A stretch of 56,329 nt of DNA from Armatimonadia bacterium (lineage in GTDB: Bacteria; Armatimonadota; Zipacnadia; Zipacnadales; UBA11051). Under the pieces are notes generated by a model. It was not told the DNA's origin. It ran no database searches and saw nothing but the letters and a program-made list of their open reading frames with translations. Positions 7,714-16,264 of this stretch are shown in pieces; the stretch's first letter is position 1, and each line of letters starts with the position of its first letter. A program made the translations under genes and the position numbers. The DNA lies in NCBI GenBank assembly GCA_039683575.1, contig JBDKRC010000018.1, forward strand, positions 1-56,329. The letters are read 5' to 3'.

Positions 7714-10700
7714 TCAGTCGACTCGCACCAGCGCCACAAAGTCCATCGCCAGCCCGTCCCCCAGGTTGGTCATGCGGAGCATGTGGTCGCCTGCGGTCAG
7801 TGGCAGCGTCAGGTCTTTGCCGCCAGCGTCTTGCAGCGTCAGGTACTTCCAGTCCTGGGGACTGGCGCCGAAGCCGCCGGTGCGCGGGAAGGCTATCTCA
7901 GCGGCGGTGGGGTTTGGCACCTTGCCGTCTATCTGCAGGCTCCGGCGGGTCTTCTCGCTGAGCGTACCGTAGCGGAAGATCACGTGGTAGTTGCCGGTCT
8001 GCGGCACGGTGAACTTCCACTGCAGCCAATGACCGAGATCATTGTGCCACTTGGTGATCGCCTTTCCCCAGACCGCCTGGCGGTCTGAGACGATCTCCGC
8101 AAGGCCCTCCCCCTGTTCGGCGAAGTCCTCAGCCTGCACCACGATCAGGCGCTCTGGCGGGGTCTTCGTCAGCCATTCGGGCTTGACGAACGCCGTCAGC
8201 GCCTGCTGCCGGGCCTCGTCTATGGTCAGGCCCATGGCGGCAAGGTCCGCGAGCAGGCGCGGAGCACAGCGGTAGTACATCGAGAAGCTCTTGCCATACC
8301 CGGCGCCATTAGCGCCCAGAGCCAGACCGTTGGTCAGGGCATCGGAGAAGATCGGGTCCTTGGTCCAACGGTAGGCGCGCGCGATCCCCTCGGCCATCAG
8401 CGGCGTCACGCCTGCCGTATAGCGCATGTTGGGGCAAGGGGTATAGCGGAAGCCGTGGGTCTCCTTTGAGTACATCTCCTCGATCAGATAGCGTGCGCCC
8501 TTGATGATGCACTGCTTGACGGCGGGCTCCGCAGTCACGTCGTGGTAATAGGTGAGACCGGTGAGCAGGATGGCGATCATGAAGTTGGCATTGCCGCGAT
8601 GGCGGGGCTCGCAAGTGCAGTGGCCCGGTACCATCATGCGCGTCCAGCCGCCATTCTGATGGGTGTGGCCGGGCTCCTGCTGGTATCTGGGTAGTTCGCG
8701 CGGTTCGGGGTCCTGGGCTTCCAGGGTCCGGTCCACGACGATCCGCGAGGCGTTGAGGTAGTACGGGTCGTTGGTGGCCGCCAGCGCGGAGGCAAGCATG
8801 ATCAGGTGCCAGCCGGGCTCACGGGCGCTCAGCCAATCGTAGGGCCGGGACATTTCCTTGTCGGTGAAGTAGTCCACCAGTGCCATTCCAGTTTCCAGTG
8901 AGCGTGGGTCGCCGGTGAGGTAATAGTGGTCGAAGTGGCCCTCTGTCCAGGCATGGGTGACTGAGCCGCCACCGCTGGGGATGCCGAGGGTACCTGGCAC
9001 TGACTCGGTGTAGTAGCCGCCGACATGCCCCATCTGGTGTACCCAGGCGAGGCCGACGCCGTGCGGGTCGGGTGCCCACTGCACGGTGTCTACGTCCCGG
9101 TTGTGCTTCTCGGTGGCATCGCCCAGGAAGAAAGCGTCGGGGTTGCCGGAGCGGATGTATTCCAGGAAGAAAGCGTGCTGGGTGTCATATTCGATGTTCC
9201 CCCAGTTTGCTCCGCGCTCTCCATACCAGTCGCCATAGTTCATGAGACCGTAGTCATGCTGGCGCTCGCAAGCGGCCTGGTATTCCTTGAGGTTGCGGTC
9301 CACCGCTTGCTCGTATGCCGCAAACAGCTTCTCGTTGCGCGGGGCCACATTGTAGAAGACCATGCTGCCGGTGTACCACTCGGGCGCGGCAGTCAGCAGC
9401 AGCGGCCTCTGGAAGATCTGGGAGTTGGCCGCTGCCCCGGAGCCAAAGTCGAGCAGCAGGTCGTGGGTCTTGCTCATGCCCTGCTTGAAGCGGTAGTGGC
9501 CGTCGAGCAGGTAGTAGTAGAGGTGATGGCCCTCCTTCTCAAAGGGGAAGGCGTCGTACTTGCCCTTCTCAAAGTCGGGGGCCAGGTCCACCCGCAGGCC
9601 CTCGTCCGTCACGGCGAAGCCCTTGGGATAGTTCTGCCAGCAGTCGCGCACCGTGACGGCCAACGAGCCGTCGGCGGCAGAGACGCCCCCAGCCAGGCGC
9701 CCCTTGGCCCCTGCGTCCGCTCCACGCACGTACTCCTGATCAAAGCGCTGCCAGACGGCGTCTCCGGAAGCCAATGCCAGCGGCTCCCCCTCGGCCAGGG
9801 CGGCCTTCCAGCCGACGCGACCGGCGGGGATCGCGAAGCTGAGGCTCTCGATATTGGTGTAGGGCGTCTCTCGATCGTTGATGAACGTGTGCTGAACCTG
9901 CACGAAGGGCTGGCCCCGCCACGCTGTGATGCGTTGTTCGATGCGGAAGGACTTGCTGCCGTCGTCGGCTTGCAGGTTGGTGACGGTCTTGACGACCGCG
10001 CGCACTGGACCGGCTTCTTCGATGGTCGCCGTGGCAGGTCCCGGCTTGGTGGTGAATACCTTGCCACCCTCGCCAACCAGCCGGGTCTCACAGCGCCCGT
10101 TCGGGCCCCAGAGTTCGCCGTTAGCGTCAACCTTGAACTGCGTTGCGCCGGTGTCAATACGGATGCCGTCGGCGCCTGCTACTGCTAAGGGTGCGCCACT
10201 GAGTTGCCGCTTGACGCCGCGGCCGAACTCGAGAGTGTAGTTCGCGCTCTCTCCCTTGCGAACGTCGGCCAGTAGAGTTACCAGAACCCACTTCAGGCTG
10301 CCGTCGGCCCACGTGCCCAAGGGTTTGAACTGCGCTGGAACTTCCTTGCCGTCGCGGGTGAGGCGCAGGTCGTTCTCGCTGCCGAGAGCCCCCTGCGGGA
10401 AGGGGATGCCGCTGGTGACGGGGGAGCCGACTGCATCTACGTTGTGCCAGTTGCGCACGGTCAGCGGCACTTTGGTGACGCCCTGACGGGTGAGCGGCGC
10501 GGGAACGCCGTCGGCGGTGAAGGTCACGTCTGGGCCGTAGTACAGGTTGCCGTCGGGCCTGGTACCCACACCGCGGCCGTGATAGGTAACGCCGGGGCGC
10601 AGGCCGCTGAGGTAGGCACGGTGGACGAGGCGGTTGCACTGTTCCGTCGCGACTTCCCCGTACTTGGCGGTGGTCCCGTATTCGAAGCGGCTGGCGGAGG

Positions 10701-11880
10701 GCCAGGCGGTCGTCCAGGAGATACTGACCTTGCCCTTGGTGCCAACTGGGGCGATCCAGTGGGTGTTCTGGACGTTGTACTCGATCTGGCGAACCTTCGG
10801 CGCCTGAGCCATGAAGAGGATGTTGCAGATGCCGTGCTTGCCAGTCCCCATCCCTTCCAGGGCCACCTCGTCCCCTGCCTTCAGGTCGCGCGGCTCGGTG
10901 AGATAATAGATCCACGTGCGGTTGTTGTTGCCGTCAACGACAGCCAGGCCGGCAAACTCGTTGTTCACGTAGAGGCCGATGCGGTCGGGGGTACTGTCAT
11001 CGTAGATCATGAAGCCAAGGTAGTATTTACCAGCCTTGGGGGCGGTCGTCGAGACCTTCCCGCCGCGCCGGTCCATCTTCAGGTGCCCATAGCGGTTCTG
11101 GGTGAACAGGTCCACGGAGAAGCCGTCCGTCTTCAGCTCATCGTAGTTGACGACCAGGTTGCGGGGATCTTTCAGCATCGGGCGGATGATGTCCAGCCCA
11201 TAGGTGCCGGTTACGTTCATGCTGGCCTTCATATCCTGTATCCGTATGATCTTGTCCCGGTTGTTGAGGGGGATGTTCTGGACCAGGAAGGTAGGCACCG
11301 ACTTGCTCATGGTGGGCTTTTCGGTGGCGGTATGGCAGAGCACATACATGCTGAAGATTGCGCCCTGCTCGTTGCGCCCAAGCTGCAGATCGGCGGTTAC
11401 CAGGAGCGAGTTTCCCTCGGTCACGAAGTTGACGCCCGGCCCGCTGCCGGATGAGCCATCAGGATTGTAGAACGTGGAGGTTGAACCGCCGCCGACGAGG
11501 CTGAGCATGTACTCCACGCCGCGTCCCTCGCGTCCGGTCTTGGGGTTGTTATCCGCGTCTATGTAATAGTGGTGGACGGTGTCCTCCAGGCGCGGCGGCG
11601 CCGCGAAGGTGGTGCGGAAGAGGTAGCGGTCCTCTGCCACGTGAGCAAACTCTACGCGGACCACGTCCTTGGTGGCGTCGTAACCCGGGCCGCGCTTGCC
11701 TTCCGGCACTGCGCCGGGCTCGCTGACCGTCACGAGCTTTTCGGGTAGCTTGGGATCCGTTCCCAAAGCCTGCTCGTGTTCGTCGGTGATGCCGTCGCCG
11801 TCTGTGTCGGCGGCGAAGGCTGGGGTGAACAGGGCGATTGCGACGATTATTGCGGCGAACAGCAGAAACACGCGATTCAT
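7714..11880 (-). CDS. Large secreted PcRGLX/YetA (PL26-like) lyase-family protein with TSP3-like Ca loop, FN3 and C-terminal CBM-like domain
   Basis: RBS GGAGG before the ATG at 11880, signal peptide, DTDGDGITDEHEQALGTDP, RIFT-barrel motif VTSGIPFPQGAL...WADGSLKWVLV, core YGLMNYGDW...NIEYD...HNRDVD, and a C-terminal QAEDF...W beta-sandwich. Confidence 0.7.
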   Translation of the reverse strand: MNRVFLLFAAIIVAIALFTPAFAADTDGDGITDEHEQALGTDPKLPEKLVTVSEPGAVPEGKRGPGYDATKDVVRVEFAHVAEDRYLFRTTFAAPPRLEDTVHHYYIDADNNPKTGREGRGVEYMLSLVGGGSTSTFYNPDGSSGSGPGVNFVTEGNSLLVTADLQLGRNEQGAIFSMYVLCHTATEKPTMSKSVPTFLVQNIPLNNRDKIIRIQDMKASMNVTGTYGLDIIRPMLKDPRNLVVNYDELKTDGFSVDLFTQNRYGHLKMDRRGGKVSTTAPKAGKYYLGFMIYDDSTPDRIGLYVNNEFAGLAVVDGNNNRTWIYYLTEPRDLKAGDEVALEGMGTGKHGICNILFMAQAPKVRQIEYNVQNTHWIAPVGTKGKVSISWTTAWPSASRFEYGTTAKYGEVATEQCNRLVHRAYLSGLRPGVTYHGRGVGTRPDGNLYYGPDVTFTADGVPAPLTRQGVTKVPLTVRNWHNVDAVGSPVTSGIPFPQGALGSENDLRLTRDGKEVPAQFKPLGTWADGSLKWVLVTLLADVRKGESANYTLEFGRGVKRQLSGAPLAVAGADGIRIDTGATQFKVDANGELWGPNGRCETRLVGEGGKVFTTKPGPATATIEEAGPVRAVVKTVTNLQADDGSKSFRIEQRITAWRGQPFVQVQHTFINDRETPYTNIESLSFAIPAGRVGWKAALAEGEPLALASGDAVWQRFDQEYVRGADAGAKGRLAGGVSAADGSLAVTVRDCWQNYPKGFAVTDEGLRVDLAPDFEKGKYDAFPFEKEGHHLYYYLLDGHYRFKQGMSKTHDLLLDFGSGAAANSQIFQRPLLLTAAPEWYTGSMVFYNVAPRNEKLFAAYEQAVDRNLKEYQAACERQHDYGLMNYGDWYGERGANWGNIEYDTQHAFFLEYIRSGNPDAFFLGDATEKHNRDVDTVQWAPDPHGVGLAWVHQMGHVGGYYTESVPGTLGIPSGGGSVTHAWTEGHFDHYYLTGDPRSLETGMALVDYFTDKEMSRPYDWLSAREPGWHLIMLASALAATNDPYYLNASRIVVDRTLEAQDPEPRELPRYQQEPGHTHQNGGWTRMMVPGHCTCEPRHRGNANFMIAILLTGLTYYHDVTAEPAVKQCIIKGARYLIEEMYSKETHGFRYTPCPNMRYTAGVTPLMAEGIARAYRWTKDPIFSDALTNGLALGANGAGYGKSFSMYYRCAPRLLADLAAMGLTIDEARQQALTAFVKPEWLTKTPPERLIVVQAEDFAEQGEGLAEIVSDRQAVWGKAITKWHNDLGHWLQWKFTVPQTGNYHVIFRYGTLSEKTRRSLQIDGKVPNPTAAEIAFPRTGGFGASPQDWKYLTLQDAGGKDLTLPLTAGDHMLRMTNLGDGLAMDFVALVRVD

Positions 11881-12021
11881 CCAAAGACCTCCAGATTCAT
11901 GCGCAATGGCGCATCCCCCATTTCCCCAACGGGCGAGTCGAACCTGCCCGAGACAGAAGTTCGGCAACAGCCACCGGTATAGCCGCGCAGGTGAGCGCCG
12001 ACTGCTGGGCGAACTCGCTGA

Positions 12022-15000
12022 GTGAGTAGTGACCTTTCAGGGCTTCCGAAGTTCCGCCGCCGTATCAGAAGCCGTGCCAGGGAGTGTGCCAAGTTGCTGA
12101 AACCAGCGCTGCTGACTCTGCCCCTGCCCTTGCTGCTGCTACTGGCCTCATCAGTCCTTGCGGCCGGCACCGCCGGCAAGCCTTCCCGGCCGTCGGTGCG
12201 CCCGTCCCCGCAGGGCCTCATCCTCGAGAATGCGACCTGCCGGTACGAAATCGGAGCCAATGGCCGCAACCTTAGCTTCGGCCCTCCGGGAGGCCGCAAC
12301 TACTGCGAGCCAGACAAGCCCGCTATGCTCGTCTCGGTCAATGGGAAGACGTCTGAGGCCACGCAGGTCTCTCTGTCTGGTGACACGGCTACCGTTCGGT
12401 TCGGTGAGGGCGGGCCTACCGCGAAAGTCCGGCTGCAGGCCATGCCGACGCATCTGGCGATGACAGTCACCGAGGTGCAGGGAGAAGGCGTGCAGTGGCT
12501 GCAGGTCTGCAACCTGCGGCTGCAGCTATCCGAGAGCGTCGGCACCCTTGTCAACGCGGCCTGGGATAGCAGCTACGGGGCCTGCGTCATGGCCTGCAAT
12601 GACCTAAGCGAGGCCTATGGCGCGGACCAGGCCCAAGCGGCGTTATGTGCCCGTTGCCACGCCGAATATGGGATGGTAGGCGCGCGCTTCGCCATCATTG
12701 GTGTACCTACTGGCAAAACGGACCCGGATGTGAAGGTGCTGGAAGCCATCGGCAAGATGGAGTTGGCCGAGGGCCTGCCCCATCCGCTGGTCAACGGTGT
12801 CTGGCTCAAGCAGTCGCCGGAGCGCTTCCGGTCGTATCTGATGGTGCATGATCTGTCGGAGGCGAACGTGGATCAGGTGGTGGAGGCGGCCAGGGGCGGC
12901 TTTGGCTGCATCGAGTTCTATCCCTGGCGCTCCACTCCCTCCTACCAGCTCAACCCCAAGGCCTTCCCACACGGTATGGACGGCCTGAAGGCCGTATGCG
13001 ACAAGATTCACGCGGCGGGGATGCAGGTGGGGCTGCATGCTATGCAGAGCATGGTTGGCTGGGGGCCAAAAGATGATCCAGCCATCTCGCCCAAGGCCGA
13101 TGCGCGGTTGCTCCAGGACAAACGGGGGACGCTGGGGGCCGCGCTGGACGAGAAGACTACCACTTTGGTGGTGCAAGAGGGCACGAAAGGCTGGCCGGAG
13201 CACGGCGTGCTTTTCGCCGAGGGCGAGCTCATCGGCTATGAAAAGCGCACCGACAGCGGCTTTGAGGGCGTGAAGCGCGGGTTGTATGGTACGACGATCA
13301 CCGCTCACCCCGCAGGCGCGAGCGTTGGCAACCTGGTCAACTGCTTCCCCATCTGGGGCAACACCGTCTTCTGCCCTGACCTGAAGACAAACATGGTGGA
13401 CGAGGTCTGCCAGCGGATCGCCGACCTTTTCAACGCCGTCGGCTGCGACATGTCATACTTCGACGCCGGTGAGGAACTGGCCAAGCAACCGCCGGCATGG
13501 CACAACCAGGGCGTTGTGGCCCTGGGCGTCACAAAGCGCCTGAACAAGCCAATAGTGCTCGAAGGCAACGCGCTCTATACCAACCTGTCGTGGCATGTCA
13601 TCACCCGCGGCAGCCCCCACTTTGACCCGATTTCCTTCGGGCGACGAGAGTACACCTTGCGGTTCAAAGGCATCAACCCCGCGGGCTGGCGCAAAAACCT
13701 CCTGACCGGCGACGTGGGTTGGTTCGCCCCCCATGGCTGGTCGCCGGCCACGGACGCGGTCACGCCCGATGAAGTGATGCTCCTGTGCCTCAAGGCCACG
13801 GGCGGCAAGGCGCCCATCTCCTTCAGCATCTCCGCCGCGGCGGTGAAGAACAATCCGCGGATGCCTGAGATGCTGGAGATCATCCGGGCCTGCGATGAAC
13901 TCAAGCGCACCGACTACTTCACTCCCGAGGCCCGCGCGGAGCTAACCCGCCCGCGCACTGAGTGGTCGCTCGAGCAGACGCCGCGGGGGGACTGGAACCT
14001 CCGGCCAATGCAGTTTGGGCCCCCGCAGGTGGTCAACGCCGCAGAGTCCGGCCAGGGCGGCTCGGAGTGCAACAACCCCTACCCGTCGCAGCAGCCCTTT
14101 GTCCGCCTACGCGCCCGCCCGAAGCTGGCAGCCTATGGCGACGCAGGCAACAAGGTGCTGGCTGACTTTGCCAAAGGTGAGCTGTTCAAGCCTGAAGCGA
14201 CGGCTTCCGCCGACCTGACGCAGTCGGTGGGCCTCTCCGGCGAGAAAGCCCCCGACGGCAGTCCGGCGTTGTGCTACCGTGTCGAGAACAAGGCGGCGCA
14301 GACCTCAAAGTGGACGAAGATCAGCTACCCTCTACCTGCGCAGGTTGACCTGAGCCAGCACCGGCGGCTGGGCCTGTGGCTCAAGGCCAACGGCTGCGGC
14401 GGCATAGCGAACCTGCAACTGGTCGGCAAGGACGCACGGCGCGACCACTACATACCGTTGAGCTTCAGCGACTGGCGGTACATTGAGCTGACTGTCCCCG
14501 AAGAGACTCGTTTCTGGGACTATTCATGGCCGTACCCCTGGACCGACCTCTTCTATACCTGCTGGTCCATCTACAACGCCACCAAACAACTGGACATATA
14601 CCTCAATGCGCTACCGGCCGGGGCGAAGGCCGAGTGCCTGATCGGGCGGATCGAGGCCCTCAAGGAGATCCCGGCGGCAGTCAAGTCGCCCACGCTGGAG
14701 GCCTCTGGTAGCAAAGTGGTGTTCCCGGTGTCCCTGCAGCCGGAGGAGTACCTGGAAATGGACTTCTACGGCCGCTGCCGGCAGTTTGACCGCAATGGCA
14801 AGGTGCTCGCCGACGTAACGCCACAGGGAGCACTCGAACTTGGCAGCGGGAACAACAAAGTGCTGTTCTCCTGCACTACTGAAGATGGTGGCTCAGCCCG
14901 TGCTGAGGTGACGCTGATGCTGCGCGGCGAGCCGTTGAAGAACGCGCATCGTGCGAAGGTGAAGACCGCGAAGTACGAGGGGCTCACTGCGCCGCAATAG
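12022..15000 (+). CDS. Secreted hypothetical protein, glycoside-hydrolase-like (beta/alpha)8 core with CBM-like domain
   Basis: Leu-rich signal. Motif FPHGMDGLKAVCDKIHAAGMQVGLH and YFDAGE resemble GH36/GH27-clan barrels. DLSQHRRLGLWLK is CBM11-like. The start codon is uncertain and may lie further downstream. Confidence 0.55.
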   Translation: MSSDLSGLPKFRRRIRSRARECAKLLKPALLTLPLPLLLLLASSVLAAGTAGKPSRPSVRPSPQGLILENATCRYEIGANGRNLSFGPPGGRNYCEPDKPAMLVSVNGKTSEATQVSLSGDTATVRFGEGGPTAKVRLQAMPTHLAMTVTEVQGEGVQWLQVCNLRLQLSESVGTLVNAAWDSSYGACVMACNDLSEAYGADQAQAALCARCHAEYGMVGARFAIIGVPTGKTDPDVKVLEAIGKMELAEGLPHPLVNGVWLKQSPERFRSYLMVHDLSEANVDQVVEAARGGFGCIEFYPWRSTPSYQLNPKAFPHGMDGLKAVCDKIHAAGMQVGLHAMQSMVGWGPKDDPAISPKADARLLQDKRGTLGAALDEKTTTLVVQEGTKGWPEHGVLFAEGELIGYEKRTDSGFEGVKRGLYGTTITAHPAGASVGNLVNCFPIWGNTVFCPDLKTNMVDEVCQRIADLFNAVGCDMSYFDAGEELAKQPPAWHNQGVVALGVTKRLNKPIVLEGNALYTNLSWHVITRGSPHFDPISFGRREYTLRFKGINPAGWRKNLLTGDVGWFAPHGWSPATDAVTPDEVMLLCLKATGGKAPISFSISAAAVKNNPRMPEMLEIIRACDELKRTDYFTPEARAELTRPRTEWSLEQTPRGDWNLRPMQFGPPQVVNAAESGQGGSECNNPYPSQQPFVRLRARPKLAAYGDAGNKVLADFAKGELFKPEATASADLTQSVGLSGEKAPDGSPALCYRVENKAAQTSKWTKISYPLPAQVDLSQHRRLGLWLKANGCGGIANLQLVGKDARRDHYIPLSFSDWRYIELTVPEETRFWDYSWPYPWTDLFYTCWSIYNATKQLDIYLNALPAGAKAECLIGRIEALKEIPAAVKSPTLEASGSKVVFPVSLQPEEYLEMDFYGRCRQFDRNGKVLADVTPQGALELGSGNNKVLFSCTTEDGGSARAEVTLMLRGEPLKNAHRAKVKTAKYEGLTAPQ

Positions 15001-15033
15001 CCCCCAAGCGCCATAGCAGTTGCTATACAGGGA

Positions 15034-16053
15034 ATGAGTACCATGCTTACATCCGCAGACGTGAAGGCTTTTGCTCGTAGTTGTGGCGCCGATCTGGTGG
15101 GAATTGGGGATCTCAGCCGCTTTGAGGGGGCGCCGCCGGAGATGGACGCGCGCCACCTCTTTCCCGACGCCAAGGCCATCGTCGGGCTGGCTTTCCGGAT
15201 TCCGCGCGGCTATCTGCGTGGGATCGAGGAAGGCACGAACTTCTACCAGTACCCTTCGATGGGCTATGCCAACATCAACGAGGTCTACGCGCCGAGTGTG
15301 CTGCACGAACTGTCGTGTTTCCTCGAAGATCACGGGTACGAGGGCGCAGCCTACCGCAACACCGGCGGACGCATGGCCTCGTCGGACATGACCGGCGACT
15401 ACGACGAGTCCCCGGACTATGGCCGGCGTATTCGCCACTCGGAGCCAGTCGCGCCAGGCCGGCCGGCGCCCGACGTGATGTTCAGCTTCCGCATCGCGGC
15501 CTTCATCTGCGGACTGGGGGAAATCGGGTACAGCAAGATGTTCCTGACGCCCGAGTTTGGCCCCCGCCAGCGCTTTGCCTTCCTGCTCACTGACGCGCCC
15601 CTGGAGCCCGACCCGCTCTTCGAGGGCGCCATCTGCGACCGGTGCCAGGCCTGTGTCCGCGATTGCCCAATCGGAGCGATCAGTGGGACGGAGACGGTGA
15701 AGATCACGGTGGCGGGGCGCGAACTGGAGTGGGGGCGGCTGGCGGAGTGGCAGTGCTTCCACGCCTACATGGGCAGCGTGAAGGAGATCAACCCCTTCCT
15801 GCCGCTGGATGCCTTCGCGGAACTACCCGACGGTGAGAAGATCCTGCGGGGTGAGAAGGCCCTGACGCCCGCGGAGGTCCTGCAGGTGCAGGCCATTCTG
15901 CGGCGGTACTACGGATCGGCGTGCGGCTACAACTCCGCGGTGTGCGGCGGACGTGGGTGCCTGCGCGCCTGCATGGTGCATCTTGAGCAACGCGGGACGC
16001 TGACCCGCGGCTTCGAGTCGCCCTTCCGCAAGCGCCCTCCATGGCGGCTTTGA
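15034..16053 (+). CDS. Epoxyqueuosine reductase (QueG)/reductive dehalogenase-like cobalamin and 4Fe-4S protein
   Basis: GADLVGIG, AAFICGLGEIG, LTPEFGPRQRF...LTDAPLEPD, ferredoxin motif CDRCQACVRDCP and C-terminal CGGRGCLRAC. No Tat signal. Confidence 0.75.
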   Translation: MSTMLTSADVKAFARSCGADLVGIGDLSRFEGAPPEMDARHLFPDAKAIVGLAFRIPRGYLRGIEEGTNFYQYPSMGYANINEVYAPSVLHELSCFLEDHGYEGAAYRNTGGRMASSDMTGDYDESPDYGRRIRHSEPVAPGRPAPDVMFSFRIAAFICGLGEIGYSKMFLTPEFGPRQRFAFLLTDAPLEPDPLFEGAICDRCQACVRDCPIGAISGTETVKITVAGRELEWGRLAEWQCFHAYMGSVKEINPFLPLDAFAELPDGEKILRGEKALTPAEVLQVQAILRRYYGSACGYNSAVCGGRGCLRACMVHLEQRGTLTRGFESPFRKRPPWRL

Positions 16054-16264
16054 GCAGGTAAGTCCCTCTCTGAACCCTCTGCTTTGCCTCGTCTCAGCCC
16101 CAGTGCCGACGCCTCCCGCGGCACCGCAGTCCCCTGCCGGCACCGTTATCGACACAAAACATAGGATGCGTCGCTCTCGTCAATCTGTTTGAGATGCTGG
16201 AGTATTCCAGGAGTGTTGTGTGTCGGGGCGTCCGGTCAATTATCTGCCGACTGGGGATTTCACA

